NCBI GenBank assembly: GCA_964234715.1
Contig: OZ174276.1
From: Podarcis melisellensis
Lineage: Eukaryota
Length of the DNA stretch: 64,000 bases
Strand: one strand, 5' to 3'
In this document: piece after piece, positions 13,270 to 26,715 of the stretch
Layout of the letters: each line of letters starts with the position of its first letter
How positions within the stretch are numbered: position 1 is the first letter of the stretch
The notes under the pieces: generated by a model
Database searches by the model: none
What the model was told of the DNA's origin: nothing
Seen by the model: the letters and a program-made list of their open reading frames with translations, nothing else
Position numbers and translations under genes: made by a program

Positions 13270-13465
13270 TTTTCCACCTTTTTCTCCAGGGAGCACAAGG
13301 TGGCATATGCGGTTCTACCTCCCTTCTCATTTAATCCCCAGAACAACCCTGTGAGGTAGGTCAGGCTGAGAGGCAGTGTCTGTGTCAACAGTGAGTGTTT
13401 CCTGACCAAGTGGTGAATTTCAGCCCTGGTCTCCCAGTTCCTTACCACTATACCACAGTGGCTGG
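13270..13465 (-). mobile_element. MIR/CORE-type SINE relic
   Basis: ATTTAATCCCCAGAACAACCCTGTGAGGTAGG matches the reverse-complemented CORE-SINE motif; weaker similar relics near 5180-5295 and 55540-55600. Confidence 0.6.
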
Positions 13466-15319
13466 ACTGGACTCTCTGACGTGGAGGGAAACGTGAGTAT
13501 TTATTTAAAGGCCACCAGAGGCATCTTGCTTGTTTTGCCAACTGGTGCCAACTTTGCTCATTCCCCGTCTCAAAACTTGCCATAAAATATCCATGGCAGG
13601 GGATCCCTTTAGTGCTCTAGACTGGAGGTTTCAAAGTGGAATGCACAAGCAGCCCACACAACAACCCTGTACAGTGGGCCAGGGTGAGAGTCTGTGTTGC
13701 GTAGGTGTTATACAAAGATACCACTAAACTGGTAGGGGTGCCATCTGTGGGTCTCATCAGGCGCTAGAATATCTTGGGCTGACCCTCCTGCCAATTCTAC
13801 TATAAAAATGCTTTTAAAACATTTTAAATTGATGTATAAATAATTCTTTCCCCAACTGTGCCTTTCTGTAGAACTACTCAAACTATTCCCAAATATGTCA
13901 GTAAGAAAGCTTATACTGTTATACTTGAGTGAATCCACAGAAAGATGCTAATCCCCAGACTGCAAAGCTTCAGTAAGAGATTTCGGCTTTATGACAGATT
14001 AGGCAATCACTTTTAAAACATTTTATAAACAATTTATTAAACAAATATCACCCAGGAAATAATGATAGCTACACAAAACATTTAATGCATAACATATATA
14101 ATGCCATGCTTTACAACAGATAAACATTGGGGACCATTTTTCGAAAGTGAAGAAGGTAAAAAGGAGACAGAGAAGAATTTAACAATATTTTGATGCAGAA
14201 GAGTTTCGGGGGGGGGGATCCACCAGAGAAAACAAGCTAATACTGAAGTGAATTAAATGTACTTACTCCTCCGAATTGTATTTCAAATATGCCTAAAATG
14301 TACAACCCAACCAGATGGGCTGGGTAAAAATAAATTATTATTGTTGTTGTTGTTGTTATTTATTTCCCCCACATGTAGGGGAAAAGTAGAAGCTGAAATA
14401 AGACAATGGAATTTACCTGGAATATAGACCTCTCAAAGTAAAATCTGCACAAGACCACGTAATTCATTTAAGTGTCTATACTGTACCTTCCTTCCCATTA
14501 GAAAGCGAATCCATAGCAACTTGATGCAGGGGGTGTGGTGTCTGTGGGAGCTTCCAGGGCAACTGCCCCCGGATGCATTTGCGGGGGCAGGGAAGGAGCG
14601 GCTAATGCCGCCGTCCCTGAGCCAGGCCTGCACTGCTTTGTGAGGCTGGGATCTGCCTCGCAAAGCTGCTTGGGGAGGGCAGCATGAGAAGGCTGGGATC
14701 AAGGACGCATGGCTGTTGTGTCCTTCCCATGCACCCTTCTTGGTGGCTTTGCAAGGAGTGTTTCCATGATGGAGCATGGAGGGTAAACTATCCCAGGCCA
14801 GCCCTCGCTGCCAAGGCGATAACAGCACCAAGTAGTGTCACTGCAGCAGCTGGTGTTGCTTCATTGACGAGGGCCAGCCTGGTGCAGCGGGATCTGTTCA
14901 CTCTCTGCACCCCACCATGGAAACACTCCTCACAAACCCTCTCAGGGAGAACACAAGAGAAGTACACAAACAGCGATCCCAGACTTGCTTGGGATTGAAG
15001 CCTGAGACTGAAGAGCGCCTGGTGAGGGCACCTGCCTCAGTCACCATAGGAGCGTACTCCACCGCTGACTTGATGTGATTAACTGAGGTGGAGTGGGAAG
15101 TATTATTCAGCTGCCACTACTGAGCAGGACCAAGGTATAGGGACAACCAATGTCCTTCCTGACAGGTTTCAAGTGTGGTGACGGAATTCAGATGCACAGC
15201 TCACTGTCCTGTAGTGCCTTCTTTAGCAGCTCACTGTTCCCCAGATGCATACCCTCCCTATTGACCAGTCGGTGGCCATGGCTAAAACCAGAGGTTGCTT
15301 CTTATGATGTAATATGCTA

Positions 15320-15470
15320 ATATCTACCAGTCACTGTTATTTGGGCCAAGTGGAGATTCTGCACCATTTTGAAGGCAGCCCAACATACAGTTCATTGCAA
15401 TAATACTACTAGGATATTACCAGAGGGTGGATAACTGTTGCAATGCTGTACAAGTGGGATGTGTGCTAGC
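15320..15470 (-). mobile_element. L2 LINE relic
   Basis: Minus strand TATTGCAATGAACTGTATGTTGGGCTGCCTTCAAAA (YCNELYVGLP), the L2 ORF2 DYCN.L..GLP motif. Confidence 0.55.
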
Positions 15471-16088
15471 CATCTGGTGTGTGTAAATAAATTCTGTAAA
15501 ATTGAGATTTTTGACCTTGTACACCACTACAAAAATATCGTTTTCTCATCTGTTTAGTGTTAAATAAGCTTGGTATAGATTAAGGCCCAAATAAATTAAT
15601 TCAGCCATCAGCTTTGTGTGGTGGACAGTCGGTATGTGGAGTAGAGAGGCAGAATGCAGTAAAAGAGGGCCTCATCTGTTCATCTGCTGTCCTGGTGATC
15701 TCAGCATTAGCTTCCTTTAGACTAGCCCTTCTTTAGCTTAGACATTATTAGAACCTGTTAAAGATAGATTTCAGTGAGCCATTATGCAACCTGCTCATTT
15801 GGTCTTGAGGTACTTCCATTCTAGGTGTTTTAATGTGAAACTAACACTCTTTCCCCTGTCAATGAGTAAACATTGATTGTAGATAGGTGGATATTTTTGC
15901 CAAAGCATTTAAACTTATGCAAGTTACAGTGAGGAACAATCAGTGGCCAGTACCGGTACTTAAAACTCTTCGTCCAGTAGCCACCTTGATATGTTTTGTT
16001 TTCACATTCCACTGTCCATGGTGCTGGTCCTAATGTTTCTCTTTGGCTCCTAGTAATAGGATGTAAACGATCAATTTAAAAACACTTT

Positions 16089-16472
16089 TCATAGAATCAT
16101 AGAATTGTAGTGTTAGAAGGGACAATGAGGGTCATCTAGTCCAACCCCCTGCAATGCAGGAATGCCAAGTAAAGCATCCATGACAGATTGCTATCCAACC
16201 ACAGCTTAACAACCTCCAAGGAAGGAGAGTCCACAACCTTCTGAGGGAGTCCACTGTCGAACAGCTCTTACTAACAGAAAATTCTTCCTGATGTTTAGTT
16301 GGAATCTCCTTTCCTGTAACTTGAAACCATTGCTTCTAGTCCTAGCCTCCAGAGCAGGAGAAAACAAGCTTGCTCCATCTTGCATGTTACAATCCTTGAG
16401 ATATTTGAAGATGACTATCATACCTCCTCTCAGTCTCTACTTTTCCAGACTAAACATACCCAGCTCCTTCAA
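16089..16472 (-). mobile_element. CR1 LINE 3' fragment
   Basis: ORF 16206-16421 (IFKYLKDC...LFSPALEARTRSNGFKLQERRFQLNIRKNFL.VRAVRQW) is the CR1 ORF2 C-terminus; (ATTCTATG)n tail at 16089-16105. Confidence 0.95.
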
Positions 16473-16543
16473 TTTTGTTTAATTGCCACAGTTGGAAACC
16501 AAACTATTGCAGTTTTAAATAACTGTATCACATCCCACCTCCT

Positions 16544-16546
<3 letters not shown>

Positions 16547-16584
<38 letters not shown>
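16547..16584. repeat. (CA)n microsatellite
   Basis: Direct sequence. Confidence 0.98.
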
Positions 16585-16587
<3 letters not shown>

Positions 16588-17544
16588 TGTCTGGCCTGTA
16601 TTTAACCTTCCACTTAGATATGTAGGGAAATATTTCACTGTGGTGGCTGCCTCTGATGATAAGACTGGAGACCTTTAGGCAAGCATCCAAATGGCTTTTC
16701 ACATTTCATATAGCCCACCTTAATATGGAAGCAATGGGTTTTTGCAGAAGCTAATATTTTATCTGCTGTCCTTTTTTTTTCATGCAGAGCTACTGCTTCC
16801 TGAGGATTAGAGAAGGATCCTTTCTGAATTATTCTCTCCCTATGAGGAATTGCTGCCTCTCTTTTATCCTTGACATCTTTCCATGTTGTGAGATGGCTTT
16901 ACTTGGCAGTTTGCCCAACGTGCTACATTGTACTCATAGCTCTGAAAAAGCACAAGAAGAATAGTCTCATGTATTGTTGGCTGAAAACAGTTCTTCTCAT
17001 TTAGACAATATGATTTATGTTTGGCATCACAAGTCAGATGTCTTGCATATGATTTTCCTATTGCTTTCTGGTCTGCTTGGCGTTAGTTATGAATTTTTTG
17101 TTTTTAAGTCTTATAGACTGATAATCGGATTTTAGATGCTGTGTTGAAAGCCACAAATTACTGGATTACTAGAAAACAGGTGAATTGGAAGATATCTAAC
17201 TATTTGATTATAAGGCATTAGAAATGTACCTGGCATCTTTGTTGCCTGTGCATATAAAGTACCTATTTCAATCATTGTTCAGTACTAAATTAAAACAGTG
17301 AACAGTAGTAGCTAATCATATTTTGGTTTTAAGAATTGCACAGAAAATCTTAATCTTTCTTTCTAGCTACACACTGAATCTGGGAAGCTAGAGAAACTGA
17401 TTAAAATTTTATTGCATTACTCTGTTTAGGATTATCATGAACATTGCACTTGGTTGGTATATGTAAAGTGATGTGTGAGATAAATGCATATATTTATTTA
17501 AAAATATATACTGTGCTTTCCTTTATAAACACAAATGTGATGGA

Positions 17545-18700
17545 TCTAAGAATTGTCGTTGGGTCAGTGAGTTGAAGCTGAATCCTGAAAAGACAATGGC
17601 ATTATATGTTCCAAGTCCAGGGAATGGGAAGACATCCTATTATGAACAGGGTTGCACTCCCCAGGATCCAGTGCTGTCACTGGAGGCTCAGGTGCCCTTG
17701 ATGGGTAGGAGTACATATTTCCAGAGGTGGTCCTTCTTGGACTCTTGTGACTTTGCCACAGACTTCCATTCTCTGTTAACCAACAGAATGGACTATTGCA
17801 TTGTGCTCTCAATTGGCCTTGGCTCATTTAGAGTTCTAGGGGACACAGGTGGCGCTGTGGGTTAAAGCCTCAGCGCCTAGGACTTGCCGATCGAAAGGTC
17901 GGCGGTTCGAATCCCTGCGGCGGAGTGCGCTCCCGCTGCTCGGTCCCAGCGCCTGCCAACCTAGCAGTTCGAAAGCACCTCCGGGTGCAAGTAGATAAAT
18001 AGGGACCGCTTACCAGCGGGAAGGTAAACGGCGTTTCCGTGTGCAGCTCTGGCTCGCCAGAGCAGCGATGTCACACTGGCCATGTGACCCGGAAGTGTCT
18101 CCGGACAGCGCTGGCCCCTGGCCTCTTAAGTGAGATGGGCGCACAACCCCAGAGTCTGTCAAGACTGGCCCGTACGGGCAGGGGTACCTTTACCTTTTAC
18201 CATTTAGAGTTCTGCATTGGTTGTCAGTTTCTAGATCTAATTCAATGTGTTCCAATTTTGTGTTTAAAGTCCCAAAGGACTTAGGTCCCAAGTATCTGAA
18301 ATAATGCTTCCATATCACACAGGTGTTAAGATCTCTTCGGACAGGGGAGGGTCTGTCTTGGTATTTCTGCCGCCCTAAGAAGTACGGAGAATAGTGGCTT
18401 GCGAGAGGGCTTTCTCTGTGGCAGCCCCTAAATTGTGAAGCTCCTTCCCCACACAGGTCTGTCCTTATTGCATAGCTTCTGCCATGTGCTGAAGACATAT
18501 CTCTAAACCCTGGCCTTTTGGACATGTTAGTTTATTTGTGGAGGTCTCCCCCACATCATACTTTTCTGTTTTGATTGGAACAGTTTTACTTGTTGTATTT
18601 TTACCATTGTAACTGTTTTTCTTTTATATAACCACTTGATTGATTATGTTGCTGTAACCTGCTCAGGGGGCACTATGCCAAGAAGTCACATAAATAAAAT
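17545..18700 (+). mobile_element. Degenerate L2 LINE, interrupted by a Sauria SINE
   Basis: LKLNPEKT (17572) and RMDYC (about 17786) L2 motifs; downstream RGLS-VAAPKL-like segment and an AATAAA-containing tail near 18690. Confidence 0.65.
17838..18200 (+). mobile_element. Sauria SINE (young, full length)
   Basis: tRNA-type A box TGGCGCTGTGG and B box GGTTCGAATCC (17904-17914); (ACCTTT)n tail; 13-bp TSD CATTTAGAGTTCT (17825-17837, 18201-18213). Confidence 0.96.
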
Positions 18701-20699
18701 ACGTATTCTTGATGCTTTGATCAAATTAATTTGTATAGCGTCAGATAACGACTTTGTGAATTCAAAAGGTTGCTTCAAATGTTACACAGAGGGCACTGAA
18801 AACTGCTTCTACATAATGATACTCTATATGTATAGCAGTTGCAATCTTCTGAAAGGTATTTTGTTCATGATTTGCTTTAATCTTTTGGAGACACCCCACC
18901 CCAACAATGCCAGCAGCTGTCAAGAATGATTTTGTGGAGAATATACCTGTGGCCAGGTGAACCACAGGAAACATGACTTCCAAATGTTATAGTCATCTGC
19001 AACGCCGTCATGTGCCAGTGTTTTTAGTGGTCTCCAACCTAGAAATAGATGCTTAAGGTAGAATTTACAAGTGGATCTTTTGTATAAATATGGTGTGGTT
19101 GAATATTTGTTATTTAGCAGTGTTGACATTTTTTAAAAAGTATTATTAAATCTATAATTTGAGTGAATGCAAAGAAGTATAAATTAACTGGCAAAGTAAT
19201 GTAACACACTGTGACATCCCTTCTGTGTAAGGAGTGCAACTGTGGTGTTAGAAAATCTACACCCTACCTTTACAAAGCACTTTGTATCTCAAAGGGTGGT
19301 TTACAGCCATTAAAACTTAACAATTTTGCAACAATTTTGTGACAAATATTTCATGATAAGCACATTGGCAAAAAATAGCCCTGCATATTGCAACAACCTA
19401 TATATTGGCTTTCAGAAACTAAAATTAAGCTAAGGTGAAAGGAGATCTAAAGTTTACTTACCATGATTGAGAACATATGTTTTCTTTTTCTTTCAACACT
19501 GTAGCAGAAGGCCTCTGAGGGTATCAGAGCAATAGCCTTCTGGGCCAGATGACAAAAGTTCTTTCACCACTCAAAAAAGACCTTCCAAACTGCTACTTGT
19601 GGATGCAATGGTAGTGGAGAAGTAAGTTTTCCTTGCTTGCTGTCACATAGTGGGCACAGTGGTGCAGCCTCACACATATTTGGTCAAGTCCAGACCTGTG
19701 CTCTAGCCACCAGCCCTCCTGATTCATTGCATACAGGTCACTGGGGTACCAAGGTGAATGTGTGCTCCATAGTAACAGCAAGGGCACTCAAGAATAATTG
19801 TGTCAATGGATGTGTGTATCTCACCATTTCACCCTAAAACAAGAGCCTCCACAAGAATGCCAGCCAGAAAATCCTATAGAGCATTCAGGAATCCATCAGA
19901 TTCCACCAGTCTGTGGGTGTAGGCCATTTCAACAGGCTCCCCCTTCCTTGCAGAGTGGAGTAGGTACTCTCAGCCCAAACCTCACCAGGGAATGGTCTGT
20001 CCATGAAAATGAACATAAAGTGAGGCGCCCCCACCCAAATGAACAGATTATTACCAGTCCTATCTGTGACAAAGTCTAGATCAAGGAATATGCCTAGCCA
20101 CATGTGTTGATCCATTAATATTTTGAGATAACAACAATGGTTGTACTAGAGACCATGAAGTCCCAAGCTGGTACATTTTAGGCAACTTCAGCATGGATAA
20201 TTGAAATTCCCCAACACCAAATCCAATATTACCTCTGCCAACTTGGTTAAAGAGGTTGTAGTGCAGCAAGGTGGGCAATACACTACCAGCAACCCTGGTT
20301 TGTCTCTCTGGCCCAGCAACTAAACAATCCCTCAAACCAAGACACAGTATGGATCAGTTTTTGTTTTTTTAGTTTTTTTTAATACACATCATGGCTTTCT
20401 GGCTTAGAAAGGAGTAGGCAAGCCTCACTCTTGTCACACTCCAAAGGTAAAACTCCTTTTGGCATTGCTTCCTGTTACCTCCAGCAGGCTTAATTGATAA
20501 CTTGCCCTTCCCAAACCAAAGCAAGGTGTGCTGGTTTGGGGAATATATTGGGCAGGTTCCATTCAGGCAAATGTAATTCAGCCTTAGTGAAACCTAATCC
20601 CGCTGGTCAGTATCTCCCTCCCCCCCAAAAAAAACCCTTTCCCCAGTTAACAATGTATCTGAACTTAAGACCCAAACCAGACCTTGAGTGTAGGTCTCC

Positions 20700-21130
20700 T
20701 AAAGACTGCAATACAGTTCCCTATGCCTCAAAGAGTTGGAACCTTCCTTTGCTAGGTGATACAACAACAGACTTGCTTCACAGTTTTCTGGTAGTATTGC
20801 AGAACTGTGTTATACCGGTAATTCCCCTCCAGAAATTCCACTCATGCTCCAGGACAGCACTGGAGGAAGGAAATAAAAACAAATTCTGGTTTAAATCCCC
20901 CCCCCCCCATTTAAAGCTGTCATGTTCTTCTAGCTTTTCAAGGGTCCCAGACGAGGTATCACATCTTAATAATGTCAGACACAATCACAGCTGTGTCTTA
21001 CATAAATAGGCAGGGGGTAATGAACAGTTTGAAGCTTCATCTAATAGGCAGCGAGCAGCCAAGCAACCACAAAAGAGCCAAATTGACTGGAGGTGGGCTG
21101 AATCAGGCTGGAAGCTTCTGGCAATTCCGT
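20700..21130 (+). mobile_element. DIRS-type (tyrosine recombinase) retrotransposon RT/RNase H relic
   Basis: 20960-21040 translates HILIMSDTITAVSYINRQGVMNSLKL, matching the DIRS1 RNase H motif HVL..DN.TAV.YIN.QGG..S..L; boundaries uncertain. Confidence 0.65.
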
Positions 21131-22850
21131 TATCAGGATGGAGCTTACATGGATAGACCTGAACAACGTATTTGTTTAATTTCTCTCTAAAGTAATCCAT
21201 GCTGAATCTCCTCACCTTCTTAAAAAAATGAAAAGCAGGCATGAAAGACTTCTGCTTCCCCCAACCACCACACACAGCTGGAACCTGTATTTGTTTTCTT
21301 TCTCTTACCTGTAAACAGTAGCTTCAGGATTTGTTTCTAAGTATATTTGCTCATGTACTTTTCTTTCCTAAATAAAGCTTGTTGGTAGACTTGGCATGGA
21401 AACAAAACAAAACACAGCAAAGGTTAGCTGGAGTTGTGGGGGGAGGTTACAGAAGCCTCATTCCCTTCCTGTTTGTCCTCTGTGTGAAATCACTCAACTT
21501 CAACACATGTGATGTATGGGTGGCTGATTCACATCTTTCTCATGGACAAATCCTTTCTCTAAATGACCAAATGCGAGCTCTGCCTGTCAGTGGTTTGCAA
21601 AACCATTTTTTTGCATGTATGTGGAAGTTATTCTTGTATCTGCAATATCTCTTAAAAATTTATATCTGAATCGGACATTTTTTCTCCTTTAAAATGCATC
21701 CTGTTATTACTGTCTATACTGTCTATTCTGTCTATACTCTGTAACCTTTGGTCTGCCTAGCCTGTACTGTCTACTCTGATTGGCAACGTCTGTGCAAGGT
21801 CTTAGGCAGGGCTCAGACCTTTTGTAACTGAAGATGTGAGGGATGGAAGCTGGATCCTTATGCATATTAATGAAGTGTTCTAGCCCTTGTTATGGCCCTT
21901 CCTCTCATTTAGACTTTTAAGAGATGGTCCACTGCTCCCCACCCAAAATCTCAAAGTGTATATGGGAAAAATTGTGTAGCTGAAGATCTGCAAGTCATGT
22001 ACATTCTATAGGGTTGTGTGAAACTCAGTAGACAACCACCTCCTGAAATTCTTATCACAGTCAGCTTTGGTATTTATCAGAAATTGGTATTACTCTGGTA
22101 AATATTGTACAGGTTCTTCAGATAGGTTCCAAGATAATTTTAAAAGTTGATTGTAAATGAATGCACCCATCAATAAGACAAATGCTGTTCCCATATCTTT
22201 TTCCTGAGCAGGAATGACCAAAATCTCTTTAAATTTCACTGGTGAAACTCAGTTGCAACATTGTCTACAGATAATCTCCAAGAATATGGTAGTTACACTA
22301 ATTGACCAATGGGTATCTGCTAATATGTGTTCAGGAACTGCCACTCTGCCCATGATCTCTTCTGCAACTTTATCTACATTTATCCCTCTCTCATACCTTT
22401 TTAAAGCCATAACAGAGATCATGCTTGCTATAGTAGTAGTTGTGTGTCACTTGTGTGTGGATGGTCAGCAAAGGGGGAAATGGATTGAATGGGTTAAAGA
22501 TTTATGAAACCTGTCCATACCAATTTGAAGCATGGTGAATCTTTTGGAGACTTTTGGAAAAATACTCTGAAGAAACTTAATAGGTGTTATTCAGTGTCAC
22601 CAGCTTTCACTTTTGCTCGTTTCCACCTCCCCATTTTTCCATGGCACTTAAAAGTTGTGTGTGTGTTGCAGTGGTATGAGTTGCAGTGAGGACCCAATTT
22701 AAGTTTCCAAGCTTGTGTCTTAAAGATCTTGAGGTTGCTCAAACCCTTGCTTTCCACGGGAGCTCTGGGAATTGTAGTTTGTAGTTTATTTGTAGTTTAT
22801 TTAATCCTCCTATAAATGAGTGGGGAGGAATAAAGCCACACTATAAAGAG

Positions 22851-22897
22851 AGATTCAGCTCCAAGTATTCTTAGATTCAGCTCCAAGTATTCTTAGA
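22851..22897. repeat. Perfect 22-bp tandem duplication
   Basis: AGATTCAGCTCCAAGTATTCTT x2 plus AGA. Confidence 0.95.
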
Positions 22898-25329
22898 ATC
22901 TGCAATACAAAGTGAGGAACTGCTTAGAAGAAACAACCCTCAGGTTAACCTTGGTAACCTTCATTCTTCCATCTCAAAGTAAAAAGGAGTAGTTCTCATT
23001 CACATCTGCAGGAAACAGCTTAGCATTCAAGAACAGATTAAGCACCTTCTGGCTTTAGCAGAGGCGTTATTCCCTTCTCCCTTTTTGTTGTTTGTCTGGG
23101 AAAGTAAATCAGTAGGAGGGTGCTGAGTAGAAGACATGGTGTTGAGCAGTAAGAGCCAAGGAGAAGGATTGGGCTAAGCTTATAATGGCTAAGTTGGGAG
23201 CTGGTTTCTGACACTTCTCAATTTTTTGAAATTCTTCTCGATCTCCAGAAGGGGATGTGAAGCTTAGTAGTTGCATACACTCTCATGCCATTGGCATTTT
23301 TAAATGATCAGGCAGCATCACTGGGTTGTAACCTGGCAATCCTGTTATTGTTGATTTATTAACTATATTTCTGTGCTGCACCATAACAGATGTTCTCTGC
23401 CCAGCTGTTAAAATAGAATATATAACAATAAAAAAACCAATTACAGTATAATCCTATGTAGAAGCCCAAGCCGAAATCCATAGAGAGTTGCTGAGCAATG
23501 GAGAAGACTTTCTCCTCGTCTCCTGAAACAACATGAGACTCTAGGCATGTCACGTCTCCTATGAGTAGAAAAGGCTGCAGTGTATTAGAGACAGGACAAG
23601 CTGAAGGTGCGAGCAGTTCAAAGAGCACAAAAACATTAAATCTTGAGTACCTGCTACAGCAAGTAGGCAGTAGTAATATGTCTGCCCTCCTGCCTTATAC
23701 TAGGATATGAGAGGAAAGGGAATGGACTGAGTAGGGCAGTGCTAAAGATTTAACATCAAAAGGAGATTCACAATAATGCTCCTGACATTTCATCTGAAAT
23801 GTCAAGTGTTAAACCTCCTGAAATATCCAATTGTACAGTGAGTATGGTGCTGCATAAGAGAAGCCAGGGGAGAATTGAATAAGCCTATGTCTTTGACCTT
23901 TTACTTATTGTGCTTTATGTTTTCTTCTTCTGTGTGCCACCGAACAATGACTTGTAATGAATAAAAATGCAGTAAAAGCTACAAGTTTTTGGTTCAACTG
24001 CAGGGCCATGTGAAGCAATGGTTGGTGGGAGTGAGGAGGATATGCCATACAGTTGCTGTGTGGGAATGCACAAATATTTTGGAAATTATTTATTTAGAGC
24101 ATTTTGTCCTACTCTTTCAACAATCTAGAATATGTGACACTAAAAGAGGGAAGAAAAAGCAAACGCAAAATGGAATTCAGCTGGAATGGAAACGGGTTTG
24201 AGAAGATGAGTCAAAAGTTGCTGGTGTGTCTTAGCTGCTGATCCTGCTTCCCATCTCTCCCTCTGCTGCAGCCTGATGGAACGGCTTCTGCCAGGTGACA
24301 CATGATGGAGGAAGAAGCCTGACAGAGCTAATAGTAGCCTGACACAGCCTTAAGGTTCTGCCTTCAGCTGATGATGGTGCTGCTTCTCTTCTGATCCTTG
24401 CTGCAGCCTGATGGATTGGCCATTCTGTTGCTGGATGACAGTTGAGGGAGAGGAAATGTTCAGTGGAGCTGGTTTCTCAGTAGAGGCTATGAAATGGACT
24501 TTCCCTTTTTATTGTTACTGTGGAAGAGCCTTGAAATCCAGGAACTTCAATGCCACAGATACTATACAAATATTAATTAAAAATGTATTAACTGCTGGTA
24601 ATCCATGACTTCAAACTATGGAGTAAATACCAGAGTCACAAACTCTCCCCCTTTACAACTGTTTATTGTAAGCATAACTTGCTTTCCAAAGTTGAAAAAT
24701 TGACTAGTAATTAAAATAATAATTTAGTGGAATAGTGAAAATGTTGAGGTAACTCAAGTGCCTTGTTAATACAAGCAAGAAGAAAATTGCATCAGAGAGA
24801 CCAGTGTTTCTAGTATTATAGACAGTGGTTACATTTATTAATTAGATTTTCCAGTAAACACCATCTAAAATTGAGCAGGTTTTTAGTGCAAATGTTTCTA
24901 AGTAACATTCTAAGTTATAAAGAAGTATTCACAAAGGAAAAGCTTTGTTGGATGTGTCATTCCCAAGGAAACACAGACTTGGTTATGGAGAAATAGCTTC
25001 AAAATTCATTTCTTCTCTCTTGACAGTCCACTACATAAGATCAACAGTGCTTCACTCCTTATAGAATGTCTGAGAGAAAACTGAACATAAAAATTACTCT
25101 GTTGGATCAGACCAAAGCCCATCTAGTCCAGCATTCTGTTCTTATGGTGGCTAAACAGATGCCTATGGGAATACTGAAACCAGAACAAAAGGGCAATAGT
25201 ACCCATCTGCTCATGTTCCCCAACAACTGGCATTCAGGAGTCTTCCCGAGATACTGGAAGTAATACATAAACATAATGACTAGTGGCCATGACAACCTTA
25301 TCCTCCATGGATTTGTCTAACCCCCCCCC

Positions 25330-25966
25330 TTTTTTTGGAAAATGTTATTTATTGAAGTTTTACAGACAGAAAAAAGTTACCAAAAAAAATAAACAAAGGT
25401 ACAAAAATACAAAGGAAAAATACAAAAAAATTAAAAAATTAAAAAATTAAAAACAGATCAATCTTTTCATGTCTTATATTTCATTTACTTGTTTCCTGAC
25501 CTCCTCACACCTCCCTTTTTTGTATTCCAGTTCACATGGTTAATTCAGCAAATCCTTTCCCTCATTGTTTTTATCTTAATTCTATATCTTAACATATTAT
25601 AACTTCGTATTTTCGTCTGATTATCAATCCATTATTCCATATTCTTTTTAACCTTGTTGCTAAAGCCGTTTCATTTCAATCCAACATCATTTTAACATTC
25701 ATTAAATTTACAATATTTCTGCAAATAGTCTTTAAATTTCTTCCAATCTTCTTCCACCAACTCTTCTCCCTGGTCTCAGATTCTGCCAGACATTTCCGCC
25801 AGTTCCATATAGTCTATCACTTTCATCTGCCATTCTTCCAAGGTGGGTAGATCTTGTGTCTTCCAATACTTTGCGATGAGTATTCTTGCTGCTGTTGTAG
25901 CGTACATAAAGTTCTATCCTTCTTTGGCACCAATTGGCCGACCATACCCAGGAGAAAGGCCTCTGG
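25330..25966 (-). mobile_element. L1-clade LINE, 5'-truncated
   Basis: Minus-strand translation PEAFLLGMVGQLVPKKDRT / FMYATTAARILIAKYWKTQDLPTLEEWQMKVIDYMELAEM...WKKFKDYL; AATAAA and polyA tail; TSD TGTCTAA(C/T)CCCC at 25314-25325 and 25967-25978. Confidence 0.88.
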
Positions 25967-26352
25967 TGTCTAATCCCCTTTTAAAGCAGTCCAACTTTGT
26001 GGCCAACACTGCATCTTGTGGCAGCAAATTCAATAGTTTGTGCAGTGTGTGTATAAGTATTTCTTTTTCTATTTTCAGACTCTCATATCGTTCAGCTTTC
26101 CTGGATGACCCTGGGTTCTAGCATTGTGAGAAGGAAGAAAACCTCTCTCACACCAATTCACACCCTTCATCACTTTCCACCCCTCCATCTTGTTCCCTGC
26201 TCGCCTTTTTTCTAAACTTAAGAGCCACATTGCAATATTGCATTGAAGAGCCTCTTGATAATTTTGGCTGACCTTTCCTGAACTTGATCCATTTCTACAA
26301 TATCCTTTCAGAGATCCTGTTACCAGAATTGTACCTAGTATTAGAAGTGTGA

Positions 26353-26715
26353 GACGCAGGTGGCGCTGTGGGTTAAAGCCTCAGCGCCTAGGACTTGCCG
26401 ATCGAAAGGTCGGCGGTTCGAATCCCTGCGGCGGGGTGCGCTCCCGCTGCTCGGTCCCAGCGCCTGCCAACCTAGCAGTTCGAAAGCACCCCCGGGTGCA
26501 AGTAGATAAATAGGGACCGCTTACCAGCGGGAAGGTAAACGGTGTTTCCGTGTGCGGCTCTGGCTCGCCAGAGCAGCGATGTCACGCTGGCCACGTGACC
26601 CGGAAGTGTCTCCGGACAGCGCTGGCCCCTGGCCTCTTAAGTGAGATGGGCGCACAACCCCAGAGTCTGTCAAGACTGGCCCGTATGGGCAGGGGTACCT
26701 TTACCTTTACCTTTT
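26353..26715 (+). mobile_element. Sauria SINE (young, full length)
   Basis: Nearly identical to the 17838 copy; TSD TATTAGAAGTGTGA (26339-26352, 26716-26729). Confidence 0.96.

Noticed and set aside
17838-17925. tRNA gene
   Set aside because: A and B boxes belong to a SINE head; no cloverleaf or terminator, and a SINE body follows
21309-21367. Possible minus-strand exon ERKVHEQIYLETNPEATVY
   Set aside because: Weak polypyrimidine tract; unrecognised peptide
22851-22897. CRISPR-like repeat
   Set aside because: Two adjacent copies with no spacer, in vertebrate DNA; simple tandem duplication
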